Positions 56,200-64,000 of a DNA stretch of 64,000 nt are shown one piece after another. This DNA is from an uncultured Chloroflexia bacterium (lineage in GTDB: Bacteria; Chloroflexota; Limnocylindria; Limnocylindrales; CSP1-4), in NCBI GenBank assembly GCA_963713975.1, contig OY970218.1, forward strand, positions 3,232,001 to 3,296,000, written 5' to 3'. The notes beneath the pieces are model-generated. The model was not told where the DNA came from, did not search any database, and saw only the letters and a list, made by a program, of their open reading frames with translations. The position numbers and the translations under genes are program-made. The first letter of the stretch is position 1; every line of letters begins with the position of its first letter.

Positions 56200-57514
56200 C
56201 GGCAGCCACCTTCCTCTCCAGCGCGTCGAGACGCGCGATCACCGCGGGCACGTGACGCAGGACGGCGTCGTCATCGAAGCAGGCGTCGAGATCGGCCAGC
56301 GGCAGTTTCGCGGCGACGGCGGCGTCGGTCGCCAGGAGCCCCTTGAGCGACACGCGCTCGTCGGCCGCCCGCAGCGCGTTCCGCTGGACCACGGCGTACG
56401 CGTCCTCGCGCGACAGGCCGGCCTTGTCGACGAGGGCGACCAGGACCCGGGACGAGGCGTGGAGCCCGAGGCCGATCTCGATGTTCTCGCGCATCCGCTC
56501 CGGTCGCACCACGAGGCCGTCCACCAGCCCGGTCGTCTTCGCAAGCATGTAGTCGAGCAGAATCGTGGCGTCGGGCAGGATCACCCGCTCCGCAGAGCTG
56601 TGGCTGATGTCGCGCTCGTGCCACAGCGGCTGGTTCTCGAGCGCCGTGTGGGCGTAGCCCCGGAGCAGCCGGGCGAGGCCGGCGATCCGTTCCGAGAGGA
56701 TGGGGTTGCGCTTGTGGGGCATCGCGGACGAGCCCTTCTGGCCGCGCTTGAACGGCTCCATGACCTCCGCGATCTCGGTGTGCTGGAGGTTGCGGACCTC
56801 CGTAGCCAGGCGCTCCAGGGTGCCACCGAGGATCGCGATGGCCGCCAGGAACGCGGCGTGCCGGTCCCGCTGGACGATCTGGGTGCTGACCGGGTCCACC
56901 CGCAGGCCGAGGTCCGCGAGCACCTCCGCCTCGAGGTCCGGGGACAGGTGGCTGTAGGTCCCCACCGGGCCGCTGATCTTGCCGGTGGCGATCTCCGCCG
57001 TGGCGGCCGACAGGCGCTCCCTGCCGCGGGCGACCTCGAAGGCCCAGCCGGCGCACTTGAGGCCGAATGTCGTGGGCTCCGCGTGTACGGAGTGCGTCCG
57101 ACCCATCATGACGGTCCCGGCCTCCCGCCGGGCACGCGCGATGAGCGCCAGCGTGAGCCGGTCGGCATCCGCGACGAGCCGCTCCCCGGCCGCGCGGAGC
57201 TGGAGCGCGAGGGCCGTGTCCACCACGTCGCTGCTGGTCAGGCCCAGGTGCAGATAGCGTCCGTCGGGCCCCACCGTCTCGGCGACCTGGCTGACAAACG
57301 CGATGACGTCGTGGTCGGTGGTCGCCTCGATCTCGGCGATCCGGTCCACGTCGACGCGTGCCGAAGCCTCGATGGCGGCGAGCGCGGCGGCAGGCACCAG
57401 GCCCCGGGCAACCTGCGCCCGGCAGACCGCAACCTCCACCTCCAGCATCCGTTCGAAGCGGGCCTGGTCGGACCACAGGGCGCCCATCTCCGGCAGTGTG
57501 TAGCGGCGGATCAC
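56186..57514 (-). CDS. purB: Adenylosuccinate lyase
   Basis: GRTH, GSSAMPHKRNP, ERDISHSS. Confidence 0.97.
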   Translation of the reverse strand: MIRRYTLPEMGALWSDQARFERMLEVEVAVCRAQVARGLVPAAALAAIEASARVDVDRIAEIEATTDHDVIAFVSQVAETVGPDGRYLHLGLTSSDVVDTALALQLRAAGERLVADADRLTLALIARARREAGTVMMGRTHSVHAEPTTFGLKCAGWAFEVARGRERLSAATAEIATGKISGPVGTYSHLSPDLEAEVLADLGLRVDPVSTQIVQRDRHAAFLAAIAILGGTLERLATEVRNLQHTEIAEVMEPFKRGQKGSSAMPHKRNPILSERIAGLARLLRGYAHTALENQPLWHERDISHSSAERVILPDATILLDYMLAKTTGLVDGLVVRPERMRENIEIGLGLHASSRVLVALVDKAGLSREDAYAVVQRNALRAADERVSLKGLLATDAAVAAKLPLADLDACFDDDAVLRHVPAVIARLDALERKVAADAAG

Positions 57515-58869
57515 CGGACGGACTCCCTGGTCGGGCGCGGGGCTGGCGCCGGTCCGACTGGCAGCTCGGCGGCGATGTCGCGGCGGCGCTGCATGCCCTC
57601 CCAGCGGACGGCGTCGGCCGCGGTCTCCGCTGCCGTGCGGGCGCTTGCGATGTCCGGGCCGCGACCCACCACGGCGAGGACGCGTCCGCCGTTCGTCGCG
57701 AATCCTCCCTCGGGCCCGGCCAGCTCGACCGTGCCAGCATGGAACACCAGCGCTCCCAGGGCCCGGGCTGCCTCGATGCCGTCGATGGGGTCGCCCCGCC
57801 GCGGGTCGTTCGGGTAGCCACCCGCCGCGAGCACGATCGCGACGGCCGCCTCGTCCCGCACCGGGAGGCGGGTGGGCGCATCATCCGGGAGCTCACCCCG
57901 CGACGCTGCCCGGAGCACCGGACCGAGGTCCCCCGCAAGGCGCGGCAGGATGGCCTGGGCCTCGGGGTCGCCCAGGCGGACGTTCGTCTCGAGCAGCACC
58001 GGACCGTCCTCGGTGAGCATCAGGCCGGCGTAGAGGAAGCCGCGGAACGGCGAGCCGCGGCGGGCCATCTCGGCGAGGATCGGCAGGTGGACGGTGCGCA
58101 GGATCTCGTCCACGGCAGCATCGTCCAGGTCAGGCAGTGGCGAGTAGGCGCCCATCCCGCCCGTGTTGGGGCCACGGTCCCCGTCGCCCAGGCGCTTGTG
58201 GTCACGGGACGCCGGCAGGGCGACCGCCCGGGTCCCGTCGCAGATGGCGATGATGCTGGCCTCGCGACCCCATAGCCGCTCCTCGATGACCAGCGCCGGG
58301 TCTTCGGTCGGACGGCCGGTGAGGAACGGCGGCGCCAGCTCGAGGGCCTGGTCGAGGCCTTCCGTGACGACGACGCCCTTGCCGGCCGCGAGGCCGTCCG
58401 CCTTGAGCACGGCCCCCACCCCGTCCGCGGCCAGCTCGCGGATGAACGCCGTCGCATCCGCCTCCTCGCCGCCCGTGAAGGCGCGGGCTCTGGCCACCCG
58501 GACCCCGGCAGCGGAGGCGACCTCGTGACAGAACGCCTTGGACGTCTCCAGCCGGGCGGCCTCCCTCAGAGGGCCGAAGACCGCGACGCCGGCGGCCTCG
58601 AGCTCGTCCGCGACACCGGCGCCCAACGGCGCCTCGGGCCCCACGACCACGAGATCGACGGCCTCCGCGACGGCCAGCGCCGCCACCTCGATGGGGTCGA
58701 GCGGGTCCACCTCGGCGCGGCGGACGCCGCGCTCCAGCGCGATGGCCGCACTCCCGGGCGCCACGATCACATCGGAGATCGCGGTCTCGCCCGCAAGCTT
58801 CCAGGCGAGTGCGTGCTCGCGCCCGCCGCCGCCGAGAACGAGGACGCGGGCGGGCACTGCAGCGGTCAC
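57511..58869 (-). CDS. purD: GAR synthetase
   Basis: [34 protein letters not shown]. Confidence 0.97.
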   Translation of the reverse strand: MTAAVPARVLVLGGGGREHALAWKLAGETAISDVIVAPGSAAIALERGVRRAEVDPLDPIEVAALAVAEAVDLVVVGPEAPLGAGVADELEAAGVAVFGPLREAARLETSKAFCHEVASAAGVRVARARAFTGGEEADATAFIRELAADGVGAVLKADGLAAGKGVVVTEGLDQALELAPPFLTGRPTEDPALVIEERLWGREASIIAICDGTRAVALPASRDHKRLGDGDRGPNTGGMGAYSPLPDLDDAAVDEILRTVHLPILAEMARRGSPFRGFLYAGLMLTEDGPVLLETNVRLGDPEAQAILPRLAGDLGPVLRAASRGELPDDAPTRLPVRDEAAVAIVLAAGGYPNDPRRGDPIDGIEAARALGALVFHAGTVELAGPEGGFATNGGRVLAVVGRGPDIASARTAAETAADAVRWEGMQRRRDIAAELPVGPAPAPRPTRESVR

Positions 58870-58882
58870 CGTCGACCCGTGC

Positions 58883-60190
58883 TCAGGCCGGCTTGATGGG
58901 GCGGTGGCGCATCGGCCGCCAGGCCCGCTCGATCGTCTGCGTCCGCTCGGGCCCGACGGAGACGAACACGATCGGGACGCCGGCGTGCTCCTCGAGGGCG
59001 GTCACGTACCGGCGGGCGTTCTCCGGCAGGCCCGCCAGGGAACGCACGTCGTGGATCGGCTCCTCCCAGCCCTCGAAGTCCTCGTAGATCGGGACCGCCC
59101 GTGAGAGGGCGGCGCCGCTCGATGGCCAAGTGTCGATGCGCCGGCCGTCGATCTCGTAGGCGACGCCCAGCTTGATCGTCTCGATCCCCGACAGGATGTC
59201 CAGCTTGTTGAGCACGATCGCACTGTTGGAGTTGACGGCGACCGCGTAGCGCAGCGGGACCGTGTCGAACCACCCGACGCGGCGCGGCCGGCCGGTGACG
59301 GTCCCGAACTCGCGGCCGCGGTCCGCGATCCCGCGGCCCGTGTCGTCGAACAGCTCGGTGGGGAACGGCCCTGACCCGACCCGCGTGGAGTAGGCCTTCA
59401 TGACGCCGATGACCTCGTCCACCTGGAGCGGCCCGATGCCACCGCCGGTGCACGCCCCGCCGGCCACGGGGTTCGAGGAGGTCACGAAGGGATAGCTGCC
59501 GTGGTCCAGGTCCAGCAGGGTGCCCTGCGCTCCCTCGAGCAGGACGTGGTCGCCGCGACGGAGCGCGTCCTGGACCAGCCAGGTGGAGTCGTCGAGGTGG
59601 GCCCGCAGCCGTTCGCCCCATGCCAGTCCCTGCGCCACGAGTGGCTCGACCGCGAACGGGTCGCTTCCCATCGCTGCCAGCAGCAGGTTCTTGTCCACGA
59701 GGGCGCGGGTGATGCGCTCGCGCAGCGTGGGCTCGTCGACCAGGTCCTCCATCCGGAGACCCAGGCGCCAGGCGCGGTCGCCGTACGTGGGCCCGATGCC
59801 GCGACCCGTCGTGCCGACCTTGGCCGCCGCAAGGCGGCTCTCGTTGCCCTGGTCGAGCGCCACGTGGTACGGCATGATCACGTGCGCGCTGCGGCTGACG
59901 CGGACCTTGCCCACGTCGATGCCCTTGGCGGCGAGCATGTCGAGCTCGCGGATCAGGGTCGCCGGGTTGACCACGACGCCGTTGCCGATGACCGACGTGA
60001 TGTGCGGGTAGAGCACGCCCGACGGGCACAGCTGGAGCTTCAGGACCTCGTCGCCGACGACCACGGTGTGGCCGGCGTTGTCGCCGCCCTGGTAGCGGAC
60101 GACCATCGCCGTCTGCTCGGCCAGGAAGTCGGTCGTCTTCCCCTTGCCCTCATCCCCCCACTGGAGGCCAACGATCACGGTCGCGGGCAT
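58883..60190 (-). CDS. purA: Adenylosuccinate synthetase
   Basis: [31 protein letters not shown]. Confidence 0.98.
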   Translation of the reverse strand: MPATVIVGLQWGDEGKGKTTDFLAEQTAMVVRYQGGDNAGHTVVVGDEVLKLQLCPSGVLYPHITSVIGNGVVVNPATLIRELDMLAAKGIDVGKVRVSRSAHVIMPYHVALDQGNESRLAAAKVGTTGRGIGPTYGDRAWRLGLRMEDLVDEPTLRERITRALVDKNLLLAAMGSDPFAVEPLVAQGLAWGERLRAHLDDSTWLVQDALRRGDHVLLEGAQGTLLDLDHGSYPFVTSSNPVAGGACTGGGIGPLQVDEVIGVMKAYSTRVGSGPFPTELFDDTGRGIADRGREFGTVTGRPRRVGWFDTVPLRYAVAVNSNSAIVLNKLDILSGIETIKLGVAYEIDGRRIDTWPSSGAALSRAVPIYEDFEGWEEPIHDVRSLAGLPENARRYVTALEEHAGVPIVFVSVGPERTQTIERAWRPMRHRPIKPA

Positions 60191-60402
60191 GGCGTGCCTC
60201 CGGACAGCAAACGACCCCGGCGCGTGCCGGGGTCACAGATAGACATCTCCCGCGTCTGTCCGGCGGATACCCGGCGGACCGCAAACGCGAAGGTGGGAGC
60301 CCGTCTCACGGGGCGGACGCCGCGCCTTCCTCGAGCAATGGTCATTTCCTCCGTCGCGGACTGGCTCCGGCTCCGCGCAGCCTCGAGGACCGGGCGAGTA
60401 TA
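60191..60402 (-). promoter_or_regulatory. pur operon promoter (-10 TATACT) and structured 5' leader
   Basis: TATACT at 60402-60397; several stems; 9-bp hairpin at 60213-60234 followed by GTTTG; GGAGG at 60201-60197. Confidence 0.6.
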
Positions 60403-60705
60403 GCGAAGGCGGGTCCGGTCGATCACGGGTTTCGGGGTTGCGGATCGGTGACGAACGGCGCCTCGGGGCCCGGAGAAGTGGCCGTTGAGCCGCGCGTAAC
60501 CGGCCGCGAAGTCGCCCTCGCTAGGGTTCGTGAAGCCCGTCGAGATCGCCGGCCCCGCCGAACCGTCGGCCCGCCGTGGCCCCGCTCGAGGGGGCCGGCA
60601 CCTCACCCGCCCGCCGGACATCGTTGCCCGCCGCACGAAGGATCGGCCGCACCCAGACGCGCCTCGGCGCGTGCGGACCGGTCGGAAGGAGACACCGGGA
60701 ACGCC

Positions 60706-61191
60706 ATGAACAGGGTCCTTCTCACCGGTCGCCTCACGCGCGACCCCGAGCTCCGCACCACCGCCAGCGGCAAGGCGGTGGCCCAGTTCTCCGTGGCCAG
60801 CCACGAGTACGTGGGCGGCAAGGAGCGCGCCGAGTTCCACTCGATCGTCGCCTGGAACCGGTTGGCAGAAACGTGTGGCCGCTACCTGGGCAAGGGCCAG
60901 CAGGTCGCCATCGAGGGCCGCATCCAGACACGTACGTGGGACGACGACGCCGGCCGGCGCCACTGGAAGACTGAGGTGATCGCGTCGAGCGTGGAGATGC
61001 TGGCCGGTCGCCGGCGTCGTGACAACGCGGTCGAGGCGGCCGCCGAGGCGCTCGAGGCGCAGGCTGTGGCGGCCGGGGTCCCCGCGGATGCGTCGGAGCC
61101 CGTCGCGGACGACTCCGGGTTCTCCGTGGCCCCGGGTGGTGGCGAGGACGAGGAGGAGGACGAGCTCCTCGAGGAGGCCGTCGCGGCCTGA
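60706..61191 (+). CDS. ssb: Single-stranded DNA-binding protein
   Basis: MNRVLLTGRLTRDPELR, KGQQVAIEGRIQTRTW, acidic tail. Confidence 0.95.
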   Translation: MNRVLLTGRLTRDPELRTTASGKAVAQFSVASHEYVGGKERAEFHSIVAWNRLAETCGRYLGKGQQVAIEGRIQTRTWDDDAGRRHWKTEVIASSVEMLAGRRRRDNAVEAAAEALEAQAVAAGVPADASEPVADDSGFSVAPGGGEDEEEDELLEEAVAA

Positions 61192-61209
61192 CGATCCCTC
61201 CTCCCTCGA

Positions 61210-61251
61210 GCCGGCGGCGGTGCGGTCCCCCCCTCCCGCGCCGTCGCCGGC
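61210..61251. terminator. Hairpin between convergent ssb and rsmI
   Basis: GCCGGCGGCGGTGCGG...CCGCGCCGTCGCCGGC, 16-bp stem with G-U pairs on the + strand. Confidence 0.55.
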
Positions 61252-61265
61252 CGCCACCTCAGACC

Positions 61266-62195
61266 CTACATTTCTCCGGATTCGCGCTGAGCGGAAGGGG
61301 CGTACAGCTGCCGCCGCGGCACGCCGGTCTCCGCGCTCACTGTCCGTGCCGCCTCTCCCCGGGCCATGCCGCCGTCCACCAGGCGCTGGACCGCCGCCCG
61401 GGCCGTCGCGATGACCGCCTGGCGGGCATCGCCGGAACCGGCCGCTGCCGGACCCCCGTCGTCCGTCGAGGTCGCCGTCGGCGACCAGCCCACGACGATC
61501 ACGACCTCGCCGCGGGCCGGGATCGTGCCGTCCGCTGCGAGCGCGGCCAGGTCACCCAGCGAGCCACGCACGACCACCTCGTGGAGCTTCGTCAGCTCGC
61601 GGCAGACCGCGCCCCGGCGGTCCGAACCGCAGGCCGCCGCGAGGTCCCGCAGGGTGGCGGCGGTACGGCCGGGGGCCTCGAACACGACGCTCCCCCGTTC
61701 ATCCGCCGCGATCCCGGCCATCCGGTCCCGGCGATCGCGCCCGCTGCGTGGCAGGAACCCCTCGAACGACCAGCGCGGACCCGCGACGCCGCTCGACGCC
61801 ACGGCGGCCAGCACGGCCGAGGCGCCGGGGACCGCGATGACGACGCCACCGACTCCGGACCAGGCCGCCACGAGTCCCTCGCCGGGATCGGAGACGATGG
61901 GCGTTCCGGCATCCGTCACGAGCGCCAGGTCGGCCCCGCCGCCGAGGTGCGCGAGCAGCTCCCGCTCGCGCGACGGCCCGCTCTGGGCGTGGTAGCTGGT
62001 GGTCCGCGTCGGGATGTCGTAGCGGGCCAGGAGCCGACGGGTGACCCGGGTGTCCTCGGCGGCGATCAGCGGGACCGATCGCAGGACCTCCAGCGCGCGG
62101 TACGTGACGTCGCCGAGGTTGCCGATCGGCGTGGCGACCACGTACAGGGTCCCACCCACGGACGCCGTGCCGGCCCCGGCGCCCTGACCGGTCAC
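61266..62195 (-). CDS. rsmI: 16S rRNA C1402 2'-O-methyltransferase
   Basis: LYVVATPIGNLGD, AEDTR, DAGTP.SDPG, FEGFLP, RELTKLHE. Confidence 0.96.
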   Translation of the reverse strand: MTGQGAGAGTASVGGTLYVVATPIGNLGDVTYRALEVLRSVPLIAAEDTRVTRRLLARYDIPTRTTSYHAQSGPSRERELLAHLGGGADLALVTDAGTPIVSDPGEGLVAAWSGVGGVVIAVPGASAVLAAVASSGVAGPRWSFEGFLPRSGRDRRDRMAGIAADERGSVVFEAPGRTAATLRDLAAACGSDRRGAVCRELTKLHEVVVRGSLGDLAALAADGTIPARGEVVIVVGWSPTATSTDDGGPAAAGSGDARQAVIATARAAVQRLVDGGMARGEAARTVSAETGVPRRQLYAPSAQRESGEM

Positions 62196-63091
62196 TGGCG
62201 TGCCGCGGACCCCGGCCGGCGCCGCGGGTACAGGTAGTCCACGCCGGCGGTCCTCGGCCCGAGCTTCGCGATCGGCGGAACCTGGCGCTTGAACTCGGAG
62301 CCCGCGACCATCCGGTCGACACGCTCGACAAGGGCTCGGTCGAACCCGAGCGCAACCACCTCGTCGACCGAGCGGCGCTTGTCGATCCGCCAGTACAGGA
62401 GCCGGTCCAGCTCCGGATAGGAGAAGCCGGCCTCGGCCTCGTCGGTCTGGCCCGGCCACAGGTCCGCGGACGGCGCCTTGCGGATGATCGCCTCGGGCAC
62501 GCCGATCGCGGCCGAGAGCTGGCGCACCTGGCTCTTGTACAGGTCCCCGATGGGATTGAAGGCGCAGGCCGAATCCCCGAACAGGGTCGTGTACCCGATC
62601 AGGGACTCGGCCTTGTTCCCGGTCCCCACCACGAGCCCGCGCCAGGTGACGGACCGGTCGTAGAGCACGGCCATGCGCATCCGGGCCATGAAGTTGCCAC
62701 GCCGCAGCGGCGACGCATCGAGCGCCTCCCGGCCGCCCTCGCCCGCGACGCCGTCCCGCCCGAAGTAGCCGTCCACCATGCCGCTGATCTCGACGACCTC
62801 GCCGCTGCAGCGAAGATCGGCCACGACCGCCTCCGCGTCGCCGCGCGAGGCCGGTGACGACGTCCGGTACGGCATCATCACGCACAGGAGCCTGTCCGGA
62901 CCGATCGACTCGGCCACCAGGTAGGCAACGAGCGCGGAGTCGATCCCGCCCGACAGCCCCAGGACAGCCCGGTCGAACCCGGCCTGCCGAAGCTGGCCAC
63001 GAATGAACGCGCCGATGACCTGGCGCGCGACGCCCGTATCGATCGCGAGCTCGTCGGGCAGCTCGAACATCGGGCCGTCGGTGCCGGTCAC
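62192..63091 (-). CDS. nadE: NAD+ synthetase (stand-alone synthetase domain)
   Basis: GLSGGIDS, NFMARMRM, GTGNK, PIGDLYK, PSADLWPGQTDE. Confidence 0.95.
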   Translation of the reverse strand: MTGTDGPMFELPDELAIDTGVARQVIGAFIRGQLRQAGFDRAVLGLSGGIDSALVAYLVAESIGPDRLLCVMMPYRTSSPASRGDAEAVVADLRCSGEVVEISGMVDGYFGRDGVAGEGGREALDASPLRRGNFMARMRMAVLYDRSVTWRGLVVGTGNKAESLIGYTTLFGDSACAFNPIGDLYKSQVRQLSAAIGVPEAIIRKAPSADLWPGQTDEAEAGFSYPELDRLLYWRIDKRRSVDEVVALGFDRALVERVDRMVAGSEFKRQVPPIAKLGPRTAGVDYLYPRRRPGSAARQ

Positions 63092-64000
63092 CGGTCCATC
63101 GCCACATCGAGCCCGCCACGCGGCGCATGGGGCCCGTCGGGTGCTCCGGGGTCGGCCGTCGTGTCCGCGGCCAGGCCGGCGCGCTCCGCGATCAGGCGTC
63201 GCCATTCCCGGGCCACGAGCTCCGGGCGCTCGTCCCGCAAGAGCGGCAGCCCGATCCGCTCGCGCCGCACGTCGGCAAGGTCCACGTCAACGGTGAACAG
63301 GCCCTCATCGAACATCGGGGCACCGAAAAGAGGCGCTCCCGCGGGCCCGATCACCTCGGAGCCGCCCCAGAAGGAGAGGCTCTCGTCCACGCCCACGCGA
63401 TTGCAGAAGACGACGAACGTGGTGGTCAGCTGGGCGTAGGTCCGCATCAGGGCCCGCCATGACGACGCCGTCCCGAGGCCCACCTCGTGGCTCATCGCCA
63501 GGTCCCTGCCCGGCGACGAGGACACGTTGACCAGGATCTGCGCGCCGTCGAGGGCCAGCAGTTGGGGCGTCGCCAGGTGCCAGAAGTCCTCGCAGACCGC
63601 GAGCCCCATCCCGACGCCGAGCCTCGATGGCACGGCGCGGAGCATGTCGCCCTCGGCGAAGAATCGCCGCTCGTCGAACATCCCGTAGGTCGGCAGGTGG
63701 ATCTTGCGATGGACGTGGCGCAGCTCACCGTCCTCGAGCAGCGCCGCTGCGATGAACAGACGGTGATCTGCCGACTCCTCCACGAACGACACGACCGCCG
63801 ACAGACCGGTCGTCGCCTCGGCCAGACGCAGGAGGCGTGGGTCGTCGAGGCGCATGGCGACGTCGGCGGCCAGGTCCTGGAGCAGATAGCCCGTCAGGCC
63901 CAGCTCCGGGAACACGACCAGCCCGGCGCCGGCCGCGCGGGCCTGCCCGACCAGCTCGTGGTGGAGCTCGAGGTTGGCGTCGAGGTCGCCGAGACGCGGG
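63088..64000 (-). CDS. Nitrilase/carbon-nitrogen hydrolase (5' end beyond window)
   Basis: FPEL, HRKIHLPTYGMFDERRFF, VCEDFWH (Glu-Lys-Cys triad); the frame stays open to the window edge. Confidence 0.9.
   Translation of the reverse strand, partial: PRLGDLDANLELHHELVGQARAAGAGLVVFPELGLTGYLLQDLAADVAMRLDDPRLLRLAEATTGLSAVVSFVEESADHRLFIAAALLEDGELRHVHRKIHLPTYGMFDERRFFAEGDMLRAVPSRLGVGMGLAVCEDFWHLATPQLLALDGAQILVNVSSSPGRDLAMSHEVGLGTASSWRALMRTYAQLTTTFVVFCNRVGVDESLSFWGGSEVIGPAGAPLFGAPMFDEGLFTVDVDLADVRRERIGLPLLRDERPELVAREWRRLIAERAGLAADTTADPGAPDGPHAPRGGLDVAMDR

Noticed and set aside
60175-60345. Arg-rich leader peptide ORF (MTIARGRRG...) in the purA leader
   Set aside because: GGAGG is only 2 nt from the ATG and the composition looks like non-coding GC-rich sequence; kept only as an alternative to the RNA-switch idea.
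60520-60600. CTAGGGTTC resembling the start of a ykkC riboswitch
   Set aside because: Downstream ykkC elements are absent and it faces ssb; TAGGGT is more likely a -10 box.

Overview
High-GC (roughly 70%) bacterial chromosomal window, almost entirely coding and mostly on the minus strand. Gene content suggests a monoderm such as Chloroflexota or Actinomycetota (inference only). It holds the 5' end of dnaE, an MtrAB-like two-component system with a GerMN lipoprotein, and a ~15 kb nucleoside uptake/salvage cluster (two BMP-type ABC transporters, two nucleoside hydrolases, cdd, deoD). It also holds an interrupted gatC-gatA...gatB cluster, a polar amino acid ABC transporter, ligA, pcrA/uvrD, CIRCE-controlled groESL, tatD, metG, a pur operon (purA-D-B-C-S-Q-L-F-M plus a purN-purH fusion), ssb, rsmI and a split nitrilase + nadE pair. 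I saw no tRNA, rRNA, CRISPR array or mobile element. The best unexplained signals are non-coding: (1) a ~380-nt intergenic sequence between groES and tatD that folds into a long rod with paired ends and a possible pseudoknot, a candidate large ncRNA; (2) a ~200-nt structured purA leader with mutually exclusive Shine-Dalgarno (SD)-sequestering pairings, a candidate riboswitch/attenuator; (3) a recurring -10 box 6-9 nt before start codons, suggesting many leaderless mRNAs. All RNA pairings were read by eye, not computed.
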